Shown here: positions 36,413 through 49,195 of the stretch, one piece after another
Layout: every line of letters starts with the position of its first letter
Numbering within the stretch: the stretch's first letter is position 1
Source: Convolutriloba macropyga
Taxonomy: Eukaryota
Reading direction: 5' to 3'
DNA length: 64,000 nucleotides
Assembly: GCF_964194025.1 (NCBI RefSeq)
Contig: NC_134475.1
Location: 64,976,001 to 65,040,000, forward strand
Notes under the pieces: generated by a model
Told to the model about the DNA's origin: nothing
Seen by the model: only the letters and a program-made list of their open reading frames with translations
The model's database searches: none
Program-made: the position numbers and the translations under genes

Positions 36413-39400
36413 GCATATTATTTGCATCCCCTAAACGCACGTGCCATATTTAAACAATGATTTACTATGTAAGGACACCTGCTCGGTAACTGGGGCGCGC
36501 ATAACCTATTGGGGGACACAAACGTATAAGATCCAGAAAATTTGACTTGGTTTTTCTTGAGACTGTTTGGAGTCTTCAAAGAATCTCTGTGACAACTGAG
36601 ATTTTTTGAGGATTTTTTGTGATTATGCTATCCGTATATTTTTGTAATTCTCAACAGGGGCGGTCAGCAGATAACACCAACGAATTGTGTTTTTTTGGCT
36701 TCTGCCCAATTATCGCAATCAAATGCAAACCCATGGCGTATTACAACCAACTCACAATCAACTGCCATTTTCCACGTTGTGACTCAAAACGTACCGGTGG
36801 AGTTCGTTGACGAAGAATTATATAAGTAGGATTTTTCCGTTTGTGACTTCCCCCCAGCTTAGTGGGCGCATAGTATTTGCACCCACAATACGCACGTGCC
36901 ATCAATTAATACGTAAGGGCACGTGCTCATGACGTACTGTGGGGGCACAAACGGAAAATAACTTTAGCCCCCATCATAGTAATTATACCACAACGAAGTC
37001 GTAAAGTTTAAGGGGTCTACAATGGAGAATGACCCCGATTTTTCTCAGAATGCTGAAAAACTAGGTTTATAGATGCTCTAATTGCAAACTAAATGACGAA
37101 TATGAGCTGCTTTGGGGCTTTTGTTCACAACCAATTTTTACCCTTGACTCTTCAGGTCCCTCGTACTGCTTTAACCTTTTCATATCCCTAGCATTTAGCA
37201 AAGTGCTTTTTCATTGATGCAAACTAGAATATTCACGTCGCACTGAATTGACTTTCATTTCAGTTTTTGCCTAGCTCGGATTACTCAGCTCTTATTCGTT
37301 CTAAAGAAAATTCTTATATACTTATTTGATTTGGTGGTATCTTTAGCAACAAAAATAAATCGTACTCGAGGAGGTTAACATTTACAGTTATATAACACTT
37401 CTGATCAGTTCCTCAGAAAAAAAATAAATTAAAATTTTGCGTCACCTTTCAGCTTTTGATTTTCTGACTCTGACCAATAAATCATTTGTTGGGTAATAGC
37501 AAATAAGAACGAAAGAATAACACTTTAAAAACATTTGCTCGGTAGGAATGAATTTTGTGTCTGTTATGTTTGCTTCATCAGAGGGCATATGTTTTTATAC
37601 CAGCGTACTGTATTTCTATATTGCAACTTGCAGTGTGGCCATTTGCAAAAAATTGGGGAGACAGTGCCAAAGCATAATAGATCCAGGATCTTCTCCGTTT
37701 GCATATGATTTTGCGTTTTTATTGTTCATTTGTACCTTCTCCCTGAGTTATACACACTCAATTTAAAACTCCATTGGGATGCGCTATCTGTTATCCGCCC
37801 GGACTTTTCCCTATCCCCCCCAGCTTAGTGGGTGCATATAACTCACAACAACCAGGCGCACATGCCATATACTTTTCTGGTTATTTACTATGTAAGGGTA
37901 CGTACGTTATGAAACCCAGTTACAGAGCACGAACCATTACGTACACTCACTGACAAAAGGGATCTATTCTGTTTCGGCCCCCCACCCAGTGCTTTTTAAG
38001 ACCCCCCAGTTACAAATTCTATGTTGTTATATAGCGCGATACTATGTAAGAAAATAGCACGTGCGCATATTATTTGCATCCCCTAAACGCACGTGCCATA
38101 TTTAAACAATGATTTACTATGTAAGGACACCTGCTCGGTAACTGGGGCGCGCATAACCTATTGGGGGACACAAACGTATAAGTTCCAGAAAATTTGACTT
38201 GGTTTTTCTAGAGACTGTTTGGAGTCTTCAAAGAATCTCTGTGACAACTGAGATTTTTTGAGGATTTTTTGTGATTATGCTATCCGTATATTTTTGTAAT
38301 TCTCAACAGGGGTGGTCAGCAGATAACACCAACGAATTGTGTTTTTTTGGCTTCTGCCCAATTATCGCAATCAAATGCAAACCCATGGCGTATTACAACC
38401 AACTCACAATCAACTGCCATTTTCCACGTTGTGACTCAAAACGTACCGGTGGAGTTCGTTGACGAAGAATTATATAAGTAGGATTTTTCCGTTTGTGACT
38501 TCCCCCCAGCTTAGTGGGCGCATAGTATTTGCACCCACAATACGCACGTGCCATCAATTAATACGTAAGGGCACGTGCTCATGACGTACTGTGGGGGCAC
38601 AAACGGTAAATAACTTTAGCCCCCATCATAGTAATTATACCACAACGAAGTCGTAAAGTTTAAGGGGTCTACAATGGAGAATGACCCCGATTTTTCTCAG
38701 AATGCTGAAAAACTAGGTTTATAGATGCTCTAATTGCAAACTAAATGACGAAGATGAGCTGCTTTGGGGCTTTTCTTCACAACCAATTTTTACCCTTGAC
38801 TCTTCAGGTCCCTCGTACTGCTTTAACCTTTTCATATCCCTAGCATTTAGCAAAGTGCTTTTTCATTGATGCAAACTAGAATATTCACGTCGCACTGAAT
38901 TGACTTTCATTTCAGTTTTTGCCTAGCTCGGATTACTCAGCTCTTATTCGTTCTAAAGAAAATTCTTATATACTTATTTGATTTGGTGGTATCTTTAGCA
39001 ACAAAAATAAATCGTACTCGAGGAGGTTAACATTTACAGTTATATAACACTTCTGATCAGTTCCTCAGAAAAAAAAATAAATTAAAATTTTGCGTCACCT
39101 TTCAGCTTTTGATTTTCTGACTCTGACCAATAAATCATTTGTTGGGTAATAGCAAATAAGAACGAAAGAATAACACTTTAAAAACATTTGCTCGGTAGGA
39201 ATGAATTTTGTGTCTGTTATGTTTGCTTCATCAGAGGGCATATGTTTTTATACCATCGTACTGTATTTCTATATTGCAACTTGCAGTGTGGCCATTTGCA
39301 AAAAATTGGGGAGACAGTGCCAAAGCATAATAGATCCAGGATCTTCTCCGTTTGCATATGATTTTGCGTTTTTATTGTGCATTTGTACCTTCTCCCTGAG

Positions 39401-39721
39401 TTATACACACTCAATTTAAAACTCCATTGGGATGCGCTATCTGTTATCCGCCCGGACTTTTCCCTATCCCCCCCCCCAGCTTAGTGGGTGCATATAACTC
39501 ACAACAACCAGGCGCACATGCCATATACTTTTCTGGTTATTTACTATGTAAGGGTACGTACGTTATGAAACCCAGTTACAGAGCACGAACCATTACGTAC
39601 ACTCACTGACAAAAGGGATCTATTCTGTTTCGGCCCCCCACCCAGTGCTTTTTAAGACCCCCAGTTACAAATTCTATGTTGTTATATAGCGCGTTACTAT
39701 GTAAGAAAATAGCACGTGCGC
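36413..39721 (+). repeat. Tandem duplication, 2 x ~1652 bp (junction at ~38065), containing several Merlin-like MITE pieces
   Basis: ORFs repeat at +1652/1653 with a few substitutions (e.g. QQGRS vs QQGWS, FYTSV vs FYTIV). Confidence 0.92.
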
Positions 39722-39790
39722 CTGGGTGTCATAAAAAATTGATGCTCACTAAGCTGGGGGCGGGGGGGGGGGGCTAAACAGAATAGATCC
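39616..39790. mobile_element. Merlin-like MITE (uninterrupted homologue of 4105-4417)
   Basis: GGATCTATTCTGTTT ... AAACAGAATAGATCC; single GAAAATAG where the 4.1-kb copy has the duplicated GAAAATTG. Confidence 0.8.
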
Positions 39791-40742
39791 TACAAAAATA
39801 ACCCCACAAAACACCGTTTTACAAAGTAAACTGCTTGATTTTGAAGTCATTTTTAGTCAGCATATTTTTGTTCGTTTTTTTTTTTTGAATTCTATATCAA
39901 TCAACGCATTGCCATCTGAAGTTTTAGCAGATATATTTTAGGCGAACTGGCCACCTTACTTTAAGAATAAATCCGGATAGGAGTTAGTCAGTTTTCCGTA
40001 AGCAGCCTTCCCACATGAAATCTGTTCAACTTGATCATGCCTCCATAATTTAAGGCAAATTTTTGCATTGTTAATTCAACAAGCTTAAGAGCAAGTTAAA
40101 CAGATTTCACGGACTCAAAATGAAGTGGTCTTTCCCATTATAGCCCAAAAACAACTTAGTTGTCAGATGACCCAAAAATCCAAACAAACTTGGCTTTCAG
40201 AATCAAATTATGTTTGATTTTCAATGCAAACAAAAACCCGAATTGCGTTACAAATATCCGAAAATATAACTCACCCATAACCTGTGAGTAATGATTTATC
40301 AAAAATTGAATTTTTCTTTGTCTTTTAATCAGCTTCAAAAAATTGCTGTTCAGAGCAGTTTTATGAAGCATTAATTTGTGCTTTTTTAAATGATATATTG
40401 GAATTGCTACGTAAATATTGTTGCACTTTTTCATTGGGTTCAAATGAAATTCTGAATTTCCCTCCCCTGAGTTTTTGAAGCTTGCATAGGCTCATCGGAT
40501 GACCAAAGATGAAACAATGCGTATTACAGTAATCCTTCTCCTCATTGCATTTTACTCACTACGATATCTTCAATAGACCACTTCCTAAATTAGGTTCTCC
40601 AAAATTGCGAGCCAAATAAGATCAGAGCAACACTATTTTGATGAAAAGCAGCATAGTTCTGATATGTGATTCTTTTTTTGACTTGTATGATCGCTTAGCT
40701 GGTTGCATAATCAGAAAATATTAAGTAGAAAGCAAAAAATTT

Positions 40743-40882
40743 GGGTCTTTCTCATTATATCCCCCCGCTTAGTGGTCAGATAAACTATAGCCCTCCCCCC
40801 CCCCAAATCATGGTAAGTATACCATAATGTGGGGGAGGGATGGGGGGCTAAAAGTTCAGGGGGTCCATAGTGGGACAGACCC
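40743..40882. mobile_element. Merlin-like MITE (family of 4199-4335, opposite orientation)
   Basis: GGGTCTTTCTCATTATA ... GTGGGACAGACCC; TSD AAAAATTT/AAAACTTT. Confidence 0.75.
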
Positions 40883-42065
40883 AAAACTTTTTCGACTCAG
40901 TACCCATTCATCTCAAACAAAAATAGCATCTTCTGTTTGACAAAAGATCCTCTAAAATTTGCAAAAGTGGTTTACTCAAATTATTTTTAATTTTTTAGTA
41001 ACAGCTGTTCATTTGCGGGGAAGTTTTTTGCAACCACTTCATTATGATTTACAGATTATTTCAGCGTCAGGCCAAAAATTGGAGATGTCTCTGACTGTAG
41101 GTGCAAAATGCCTATAACTCGATACAAAGAAGTGTAAAATACGAGTTTTGGAAGTGAAAAAAAATCTTTCATTATTTTTCAAATAGAGTTTTAGAAACAG
41201 TGCCTTCAATCGGAGGCATGGTTGAGGTAACACGCTCAATTTTTCCAGAGGCTGCAATTGTAATTAATGACTCTAAAGAATTGTCTAGTCTTTGAGCAAT
41301 TCTGATCGTTGTTGAGATAAAAGTTTTTCATCGCCAAAAGTGCGCAAGTCTACAACTTCAGAAACAGGTTCCGCCAAAAAACATATGATGCTGTGTGCGT
41401 TAAGCGTTTGGTGTATGACACTAAGAACACGAGAACAAAGCCAATGTTGAACTAAATTGTTGAGAACTAAAATGTTGAAAATTGATAATATTTTTGTTTT
41501 GCTTCATAGAGCAGTATATTTTTTGTACTTTAAACTGCTAACCTTTGCGGTTCCTTCCCTTCGTCGTTTAATTTCCCGCCGCCAACTTATAATCTTTAGA
41601 TTGTTATTCTTGATAAGAACTATTGATGAAAAAATATCAGTTATCTTTTTTTTCATTTTTCCAATGGAAATAAGTTCACCAATTAATATGGTTCTAGAAC
41701 ATGAAATCTTGAAATTTTTCGGAGGCTCTCAAAATGTAAGTACTAAAAAAACACTGGATAAATTTATGGCACATTTTACTTGCTCTAAAATTGCATTGAT
41801 GAGTACACAGTTCTAGAGTGCTAAAACACTCATTAGATGGTGGGCTAAGGTGATCAGTAAATTTTCAGTCCGCTAACCCTTTGGTGGTCTAACTTCTCAT
41901 TACCCTATTAAATTTTCCCTATATTGAATAAGGTAGTTTTATAAAAAGTTTTCCCTAGATTACTGATCAGAAACCTCATATATCTTACAAGCAAAAACAT
42001 CAATCTGTTCTGAGCTGTTCATTATTTAATGCTGCAGTTCTTTCAATTAGTTATCGATAGTAAGA

Positions 42066-43763
42066 ATGCTCATTGTACTTATTCTGAGTTTTATGTCCCA
42101 GATAGTCAGTTCTGCAAAGTGGGCGGTTTGCGAGTCACGGTTGCAAAGGAAATCTTCTGACGAAAAATTTACTGTATGTGATATTTGCTATGTTGAGGAC
42201 CGGCCTCTGCAAGGTGCCAAAAAACCGATGCTTAGTTTAATTCATAAAAAAATGCTTACCGAGTTTGATTGCTTTGAATGTCCAAGCAAAATTCCCAAAG
42301 TAGTCCCATATACATTAGATAGCGCCACTTTCGACGACACTATTGAAATGTATTTCGTAACAGGTGATCAGGATTTCGCCGGCATTCTGGCAATTGTATC
42401 GTTTACTAATGCATCTTACGAGTATGTTATCAAAGTAACAGGAGAAGGATTGGGATCTTTGAAAATCTCGGCTCCTTGGATATTTGTTCGCATCAACACA
42501 CCGTGTCTGAAGGAGTTTCCAGCTGTCAAACTATTATCAATGCTCAAAGATGCTTACAAAACAACAATAACTAGCTACCTCATTGATATGGACAACTCTC
42601 CTCTTGAATATCACCTCTACAGTGCTTTGGGGATGCAATTTTTGACTCTTTTTACTTTGCTATCAGTCATTTTGCTTAAAAAGTGCGACCGAAGGCATAT
42701 TGTTTATTCTCTCGATCAGTTCGTTGATTGTAGTCGAACTAATCGTAGAATTGAATTTGGAGTTTACATAGCACGATTCAACAAACTGGCGTCTTTTTTT
42801 GGAGTTTTCTTCCTAATTTTTTTCTCTGTTGCAGTGACAATGGCTCCAATGTTTATTAAGTATTTCTATTATGTTGGATATGGTGTTTGCGGTTCAACTT
42901 CAGTCATGTTTATCTTCGCTCGAATTCCAATGGTGTTTCAAATGAAATGCAAAGTGTTCACGCAAAAATCATACCAAATTGCTTTCATTGTTGTTACAAC
43001 AGCTGTTGGAGCAATTGCAACTCTTATTATTGTTTTATTAAACGATGATACATTTTTCAGTTTCATGAATCATTTCAGTAATATATGCATAAGTGTTCTT
43101 CCTTTTTGGTTTACTTTAAATTTCGTGATCGTAGTTGCACTTCTTACTCATATAACATTCAGAAGTTATGTCGAGTTGGCAATGTTTGAAATCGGGTGCA
43201 TCATCATGGACCAAGTTTTTCGCACCGCTTTCTTCACAAATTACCTTCACGAAAACAAAGAATCGAAACCATTCTTGGATTTTTACTACATGTATGGAGA
43301 TTCATATTTCCAAATAAACCAAGGTTATAAATATGAAAATTCTTCAACAGTACTAAGCAGTTTTGAGCCCCATACTACCGCATTAACGAACCCCTTTGTG
43401 TTTAAATGGCACTGGCATTACGCTGGTTTTGCCTGCCAAATACCCTACAACCGGTTTTACCCAATTTGGTTCATAACAATACCGGGATTTGCACTTCTTC
43501 ATTCCTATCATTACAATGCTGAACAGACTGAAAGGCCATCAAAATTATTTCCAGTTCTTCTTTTCATTGTCGTAATGATAGGTTCAATTGTAGAGGAATG
43601 CATCAGGATGTTCCTTGATTTTCCAATTGCAATTGGAGTTATTACCTTCTCAGTGCTTTCCATGCTTTCACTCCTATGGTTCTGGAGACGGAAAGAAGTG
43701 GGGGACTTTGTGAAGGGTGTGTATGTCTTTGTTTCACGCTCTCATGTATCTTCAGGTACGTAA
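42066..43763 (+). CDS. Signal peptide peptidase-like 2 (SPPL2)-related multi-pass membrane protein, catalytic motifs absent
   Basis: Uninterrupted 565-aa ORF; signal peptide; PA-domain-like ATFDDTIE...AGILAIV; many TM segments; G.IIM, C..PY...ITIPG and WRRKEVGDFVKG resemble SPPL2 GESIM, PFS.LGFGDII.PG and WRRKEMKKFWKG; possible 46-nt terminal intron 43756-43801 (end SSGY*). Confidence 0.75.
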   Translation: MLIVLILSFMSQIVSSAKWAVCESRLQRKSSDEKFTVCDICYVEDRPLQGAKKPMLSLIHKKMLTEFDCFECPSKIPKVVPYTLDSATFDDTIEMYFVTGDQDFAGILAIVSFTNASYEYVIKVTGEGLGSLKISAPWIFVRINTPCLKEFPAVKLLSMLKDAYKTTITSYLIDMDNSPLEYHLYSALGMQFLTLFTLLSVILLKKCDRRHIVYSLDQFVDCSRTNRRIEFGVYIARFNKLASFFGVFFLIFFSVAVTMAPMFIKYFYYVGYGVCGSTSVMFIFARIPMVFQMKCKVFTQKSYQIAFIVVTTAVGAIATLIIVLLNDDTFFSFMNHFSNICISVLPFWFTLNFVIVVALLTHITFRSYVELAMFEIGCIIMDQVFRTAFFTNYLHENKESKPFLDFYYMYGDSYFQINQGYKYENSSTVLSSFEPHTTALTNPFVFKWHWHYAGFACQIPYNRFYPIWFITIPGFALLHSYHYNAEQTERPSKLFPVLLFIVVMIGSIVEECIRMFLDFPIAIGVITFSVLSMLSLLWFWRRKEVGDFVKGVYVFVSRSHVSSGT

Positions 43764-44939
43764 AATTTTATCGGAAACTGTTTTAAATAATTTTATTTCA
43801 GGATATTAGAAAGCCCGTTAAAATTAAATAGCCGTGTATATTGTGTTGACTCAGTTACAAACTATGCCATATTATAGTCAACGTTGTTTTTTTTTCAAAA
43901 ATCTGTGACATGTGCTTGGGGTTTCCAAAGAAAAAGCTAGCAAAAATTGGTTGAAAGTTGGTATCGAAGTTTTAACTGACTGTATGCGTATTTATGATCA
44001 ATTGATGAATAATAAGATGTGTTTTGCGAAGCAAAACACTTCAAACAATGTGAGATTTATTGAGGGTTCTATATTTGGAATCTGGTTTTCTTAAAGTTTG
44101 TGTGTGGTTTTTTGACAATTTTTGAGTATTGTGTTGGCTGTACCGTGTGATCCACTATAGGGCGTTCAAGTTGTATTATGAGAAATTACTGAACAAAATC
44201 GCTAGGGGCTTAATTTTGTATACTTACATAAAAGTACGAAAGATAACTTGCATCGTTTCAGCAGAGGAGAGTTGGTACAATAAACTCCCCTTAAAGTTTG
44301 CCATTGTCTTTTGCTTCTTTACTTACTTCTCGAAGTAATTTGTAACGTTCAGGCAAAAATGTACCAAATCTTATCAACTTCATGGGTTAAGAAGTTTTTA
44401 TCATAGAACTTTCAAATTATGGATCGTGGTCTTCTCAAAAATAGTTTTAAAAGATGGGTAGAACTACAACATAGCCAAAAATGAAAAATCTATGACCGAA
44501 AATTTTCCATTAATGGAAGCTCTATGACTTAAATTTTTCAATAATATGGGAGTTCTATGATTACTACCTCTCCATAACAGCAGAAAAGAGCTATTAAATG
44601 AATCTTGAGTTTTTCGTGATTTCTCGGGAGCTTCCTGAAGTACAAGGAAAATCAGTTTTTACTGTTTCTCATGCCGAGTAAGCAATAATGGAGGCATTTT
44701 TTCCACGACCTGTTATTTAGCTAAAAATAAAAATCCAGGTTAATCCAGGAGTAATGTGGCACATCACAAAAGCAAAGATGGAGGCCAAATAAAAAAAACA
44801 GCACATGAGAGAAGGTTCCTGTAAAGGCACAAAGAGAAGGACATTTAAAAAAAATTGATTAAAATTGACAAAATTTGACTGAAGACGCAAAGAAAATAAA
44901 ACTTATTGTTTTACCATCCTGAAAGATAGAGGGCACTAA

Positions 44940-45705
44940 CCAAACAGCAGGGAAAATGTTGAGCAATTTCCTGACCCAGAAAGTCCTATTATGTTATTTA
45001 AATACTATTGACTTTTTGAGAAACCTTTGACGATATCGCAAAACCGGACATTGTATATCACTTACGCGAAGTTTTCTTAATTCACGGCCAACATTAGCAT
45101 AAAGGACGCTCTTTATACTCCTTTGAACAGCCTAGATTTAGTCGTAAAGAAATGAGACTAATTTTCACATGAAAAAAGTCGAAAAATTGGAGTTTTCGAC
45201 CCACACTGTTTTATGTAACACATCTTTAAAGAATAACCTAATAGAAAAACCTTGGGTTGTTTTACCTTTCTCATGAATAGAAGACACTACTAAAATAGAT
45301 TGGGTCACATTGAGCAACTTCTTGAACCAGGTCCTATAATATTTTTTAAATACGATTGACTTTTTTGAGAAACATTTGACGAAATTACAAAACTTGGCGT
45401 TACATATCCATTATGGGAAATTTACTGAATTCAGGGCCAACTTCAGCCTAACAAACGTTTGGTATAACACTTTGAGCAGCGGAGACTTAGCATTAACGAA
45501 ATGAGACTATCTGTTACAAAAACAATAGAAAAATTGGCTTTTCCGACCTACAACTGTTTTATGTCATATTTTTAGGCATTGAACCAATACAAAAATCACG
45601 GGTTGTTCTACCATCCCTATGGATAGGAGGCACTACCAAAACAGTTTGGGTCACACTGAACAACTGCTTGACCCAGAGGGTCCTATTTTTTAAATACGAT
45701 CAACC
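44940..45705 (+). repeat. About two units of the ~350-bp satellite seen at 5184-7905
   Basis: TTGACTTTTTGAGAAAC near 45008 and 45356; GGATAGGAGGCACTACCAA shared. Confidence 0.8.
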
Positions 45706-45827
45706 CAGGTTACGTTAAACCAAATTGCCTGAAGATAAGATTGGCAAACCAACTCACTATTGTGTTCGTCACAAAGTAGCACTTTATAGGTAGTTTGCGT
45801 TTTCGAGTAAAAAGTATAAAAAACCTT

Positions 45828-45997
45828 GGATCTATTTTGTTTTGCCCCCCCCCCCCCCCCACCAGCTTAGTGAACAGAAATTTTTTATGACCCCCTCCCC
45901 GGCGCACGTGGTATTTTCATACGTAGTAACGTGCTATATAACAACATATAATTTGTAATTGGGGGTCATAAAAACACTGGGGGGATAGAATAGATCA
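45828..45997. mobile_element. Merlin-like MITE (inverted copy of the 4105-4417 family)
   Basis: GGATCTATTTTGTTTTG-polyC ... GATAGAATAGATC. Confidence 0.7.
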
Positions 45998-46570
45998 AAA
46001 AATATTTATCACTTTTTCCAGTAAAACCATTGTTAATAGCAATCAGATATGCAACCAGATTTAGAAAGAATAAGAACCCTCAGCTGTTTTTCCGTTTTGC
46101 GGCAAGCGAACCAAGAAATATGTCTTTTGTGCAAAAATTCCGATTGTAATGGTTTTTAACCTATTTATCAGTGAGCGACCAATTAGCTTGATGTGTGAAT
46201 TCACATTTCCAAAAAAAATATCAGGCAAAATTGGTGCCTGACAGTGACCAATGCTTTCTTAAAAAATTTGTGACAGAAAGTCTTCTTTAAACTAATACTT
46301 TTTGATAAAACTGCCTGTCAGATAATTTCTTAAAATTAGGTCAAAAATCGGTTTCTGTGCCCATATGCATATAAATTTCAGCGAAAGCATAAAACTCAGG
46401 CCGAACAGCTGCTTTTAAGCTCGAAATAAAATAAATATACCACTGAGAGCGAAATTTCATCATACAGTCTCATTTAGCTTTTCATTTTGACAATTGGAAG
46501 ATCAGGGAATTAAAAAACTATTGAAGGTTTTACTGTGGTACTTAGTGATATCTTCTACACTTTGGTTTTG

Positions 46571-46726
46571 TAATCTATTCTGTTTGAGCGTCCCAGTCCG
46601 TTATGCTCCCTGAGTTAGAGAGCACGTTTCATTAAATGGTAAATCGGCACGCAAAAAAGCGCACGTGCGTCAGTCGGGTGCAAATAATTGCACCTAATAA
46701 CCTGGGGGCACAAGCGGTAAAGATCC
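46571..46726. mobile_element. Merlin-like MITE (uninterrupted homologue of 4070-4577)
   Basis: ATCTATTCTGTTTGAGCG...CGTTATG (single copy)...GGGGGCACAAGCGGTAAAGATCC. Confidence 0.7.
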
Positions 46727-48839
46727 CGATTACTGTTACTTCGTGTACTATTCGAACATAAAAGTGTCCGTTGTCAGAACAAAAATTAGTTGCGCGGAAC
46801 GAAGAATTTTTCCCACGAATTTAATTAAAACCGGATTCTGATGTAATTAGAAAGGCAGAACAAGAGCGTAGCTTGCGTTTCCTCATTGAAGCCAAATACA
46901 CTTACATTGGACAAATACCGTGGTGTAAATCTGATTTTTTGGTCAATAGAATCCTACATGATCAAAGAGAATTAATAAGTATTAATAGGATGTTTTTTAT
47001 AGCTGCGAAGCTGCAAGTTGAATTGAGCTATATTGCGGTGCTCTTGGTTTTTTTGGGACTCGACAAGGAGTATTATTTTTCTATCGGTCTTTTTTGCAGG
47101 AAGTAGATTTGTTCACACGGCATTTTGACCTAAAAGCGAAAGTGAGAAAAGCTGTCTTGTTGAACAGATTTTTGCTAAGAGAAAGAAGTTTTTTTGATCA
47201 TGCGCTGCGTTTAGTGAATGACTTTCTGACTTTGGAAAGTAGTTTTTGATTGAATGGCACATATAGATAACCATTTTTAGCCGTTTTCCGTCTAAGTGGC
47301 CCAATTTTTTTTGCTTGTAATTTGTTTTCTTGTAGAAATAATTTTTATTCCATACTATATTGAAATTTCAACCTCGGAAATTGATGCCACAGTGTTTTGC
47401 AGAGCCTGAAAATGCGTTTCAAATACAAAATTGGAACATATTTCTTGATTTTATAGTCAATTTTTCGCTTTTTTGTCTTCTAATTTATCCAATTTTGAAT
47501 CTTTTAGTCGTCTTTTGGTAGTTCGTCCAATTTTGGTAGTTTTTCCAATTTTTGTCTGTTTTTTGTTTGTATTTTGGTTTTAATTGCAAGAAATAGTCTT
47601 TTTATGCAAACTGTTGGACTATAATTCTGTTTCAATAAAAGTTGAATCATTTGTTGGCGTTAAGTTTTTTGAAAAATAGTTAAAACTTTTCATAAATGCA
47701 GTCTTAAAAGTTTTTTGAACTTTTTTTGCAAAATATTTCAATGTTTCGTATTTTTGAATTCTGCTTTTTCCTATTTTTTTGTTCTCTCCAGAAGGATAGA
47801 TCTTTGTATCGGATGACTAGTTATCTTTTCTATGTTTCAAATGCTGAGCAATGAAATGTATTCTTTTTTCTTGATTTTCTTTATTTGATTTTTAACTTTT
47901 AAAAAATCAAGATTTTCCTCTTTACGGTGTTCCTTACATGAAGCCCTTATTCTTCACATTCTATTATATTTTTTTCGGTATTTTGATTTTTTTCAGTTGT
48001 TAAAAATTTATGATTTTAGCTTCTTCTTAGATTTTCGTCATTTCTTTGGTTTGCAATTGATTTTATTCAACAAAAGCCAGTTCTGAGAGTTTGCTATCAA
48101 ATTTTGTTCCAAAATTTTCACTTATTATTATTTACTGCATCTGTCCTCCGGCCTTGGTATTAAATTAAACAATTTTTTGCCTTTGAATATTCTTTTACTG
48201 CTTATGTCTTTTCTGTGATCAATTTAATATCCGAATTAGTATGAAATCTTGTTGTCTAGCAAATGTACAACAAGGAAAAGGTGTGTGTGTTGTTTTTTTG
48301 TCTTAATTGCAGTTATTAGAAGTCCAATAATAGTGGTTTTCTGATTCCTAAATTTGAGCTTTCTTTTTTGAAAAGAGTTAACTTAGTTTCTGAGATTATT
48401 GTCTGCCGTTTGCTTTCGTGGTCTTTTTGAGAATAGAATCATGAATTATTTGAGAGCAATTGATAGCCTTTTCAGCTTGTTCAGCCTCTCAGTTTTTTGA
48501 CCATTTTTATTATTTTGGATTTTTCTAACGTTACAAAACGTTTTAAGTAATATAAGATTTGCTGCAATTTGTTTCTCTTGGTGAGAGTGGTTTAGGTTTC
48601 CCCAATTTTTAGATCAGACCTGGGGAGGTAATGAGTTCAGGGTTTAATACAAAAAGTATTGGCTTCCGCTGCATTTACAGTTTTGTTTGTGAAGTTTTGA
48701 CGCTTCGATTCCCTTCCGGAATTCATCTGGCTATGTTTTTTGTTTCATCGTCTGACGCTCTTTTTCGTTTTACATTTGTTCACACAGCAAAGCTGAAAAA
48801 TTTGAATTTTCTGAATGATTTTATCCTACCAAACGCTTT

Positions 48840-49195
48840 TGCGCGCGTGACGTCATTTCTCACTCTCTTTAGAAAAATTAGTTTGCGTGATTAGATTTTG
48901 ATCACAAGTGACTTACCTCACTCAATAAAATGACTTGTGCACTTAAAAACTTAAGTTTAATTTGATTTTGTTTAAGGTCAAAGGAACTCATATTTGCAGT
49001 ACAGGTCCCTATTAAGAGGCTTCTTCGGGATGAGTTTTAACAAGATTTATTAATTTATCGCTGGATGTTTTATACCTAGCTTTTTGAACCGCGTCGAATT
49101 TTTTTCAAATTAGATCTGTCTCTGTTTCTATCTCTATTCTACGGCATGCAGGTCTATTCTTTCGCAGCTATTCCGGTAATCTGCCGGCTATGTTT
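48840..49195 (-). repeat. Dispersed repeat, inverted homologue of 9405-9780
   Basis: See 9405-9780. Confidence 0.6.

Noticed and set aside
37548-37766. Exon inside the 1652-bp duplication
   Set aside because: Short ORFs on both strands, no convincing splice sites or motifs; the minus-strand ORF is broken in one copy
41457-41816. 119-aa ORF upstream of the SPPL2-like gene
   Set aside because: TTG start, AT-rich composition typical of random ORFs, no motifs; most other 60-100 aa ORFs in the track were dismissed likewise
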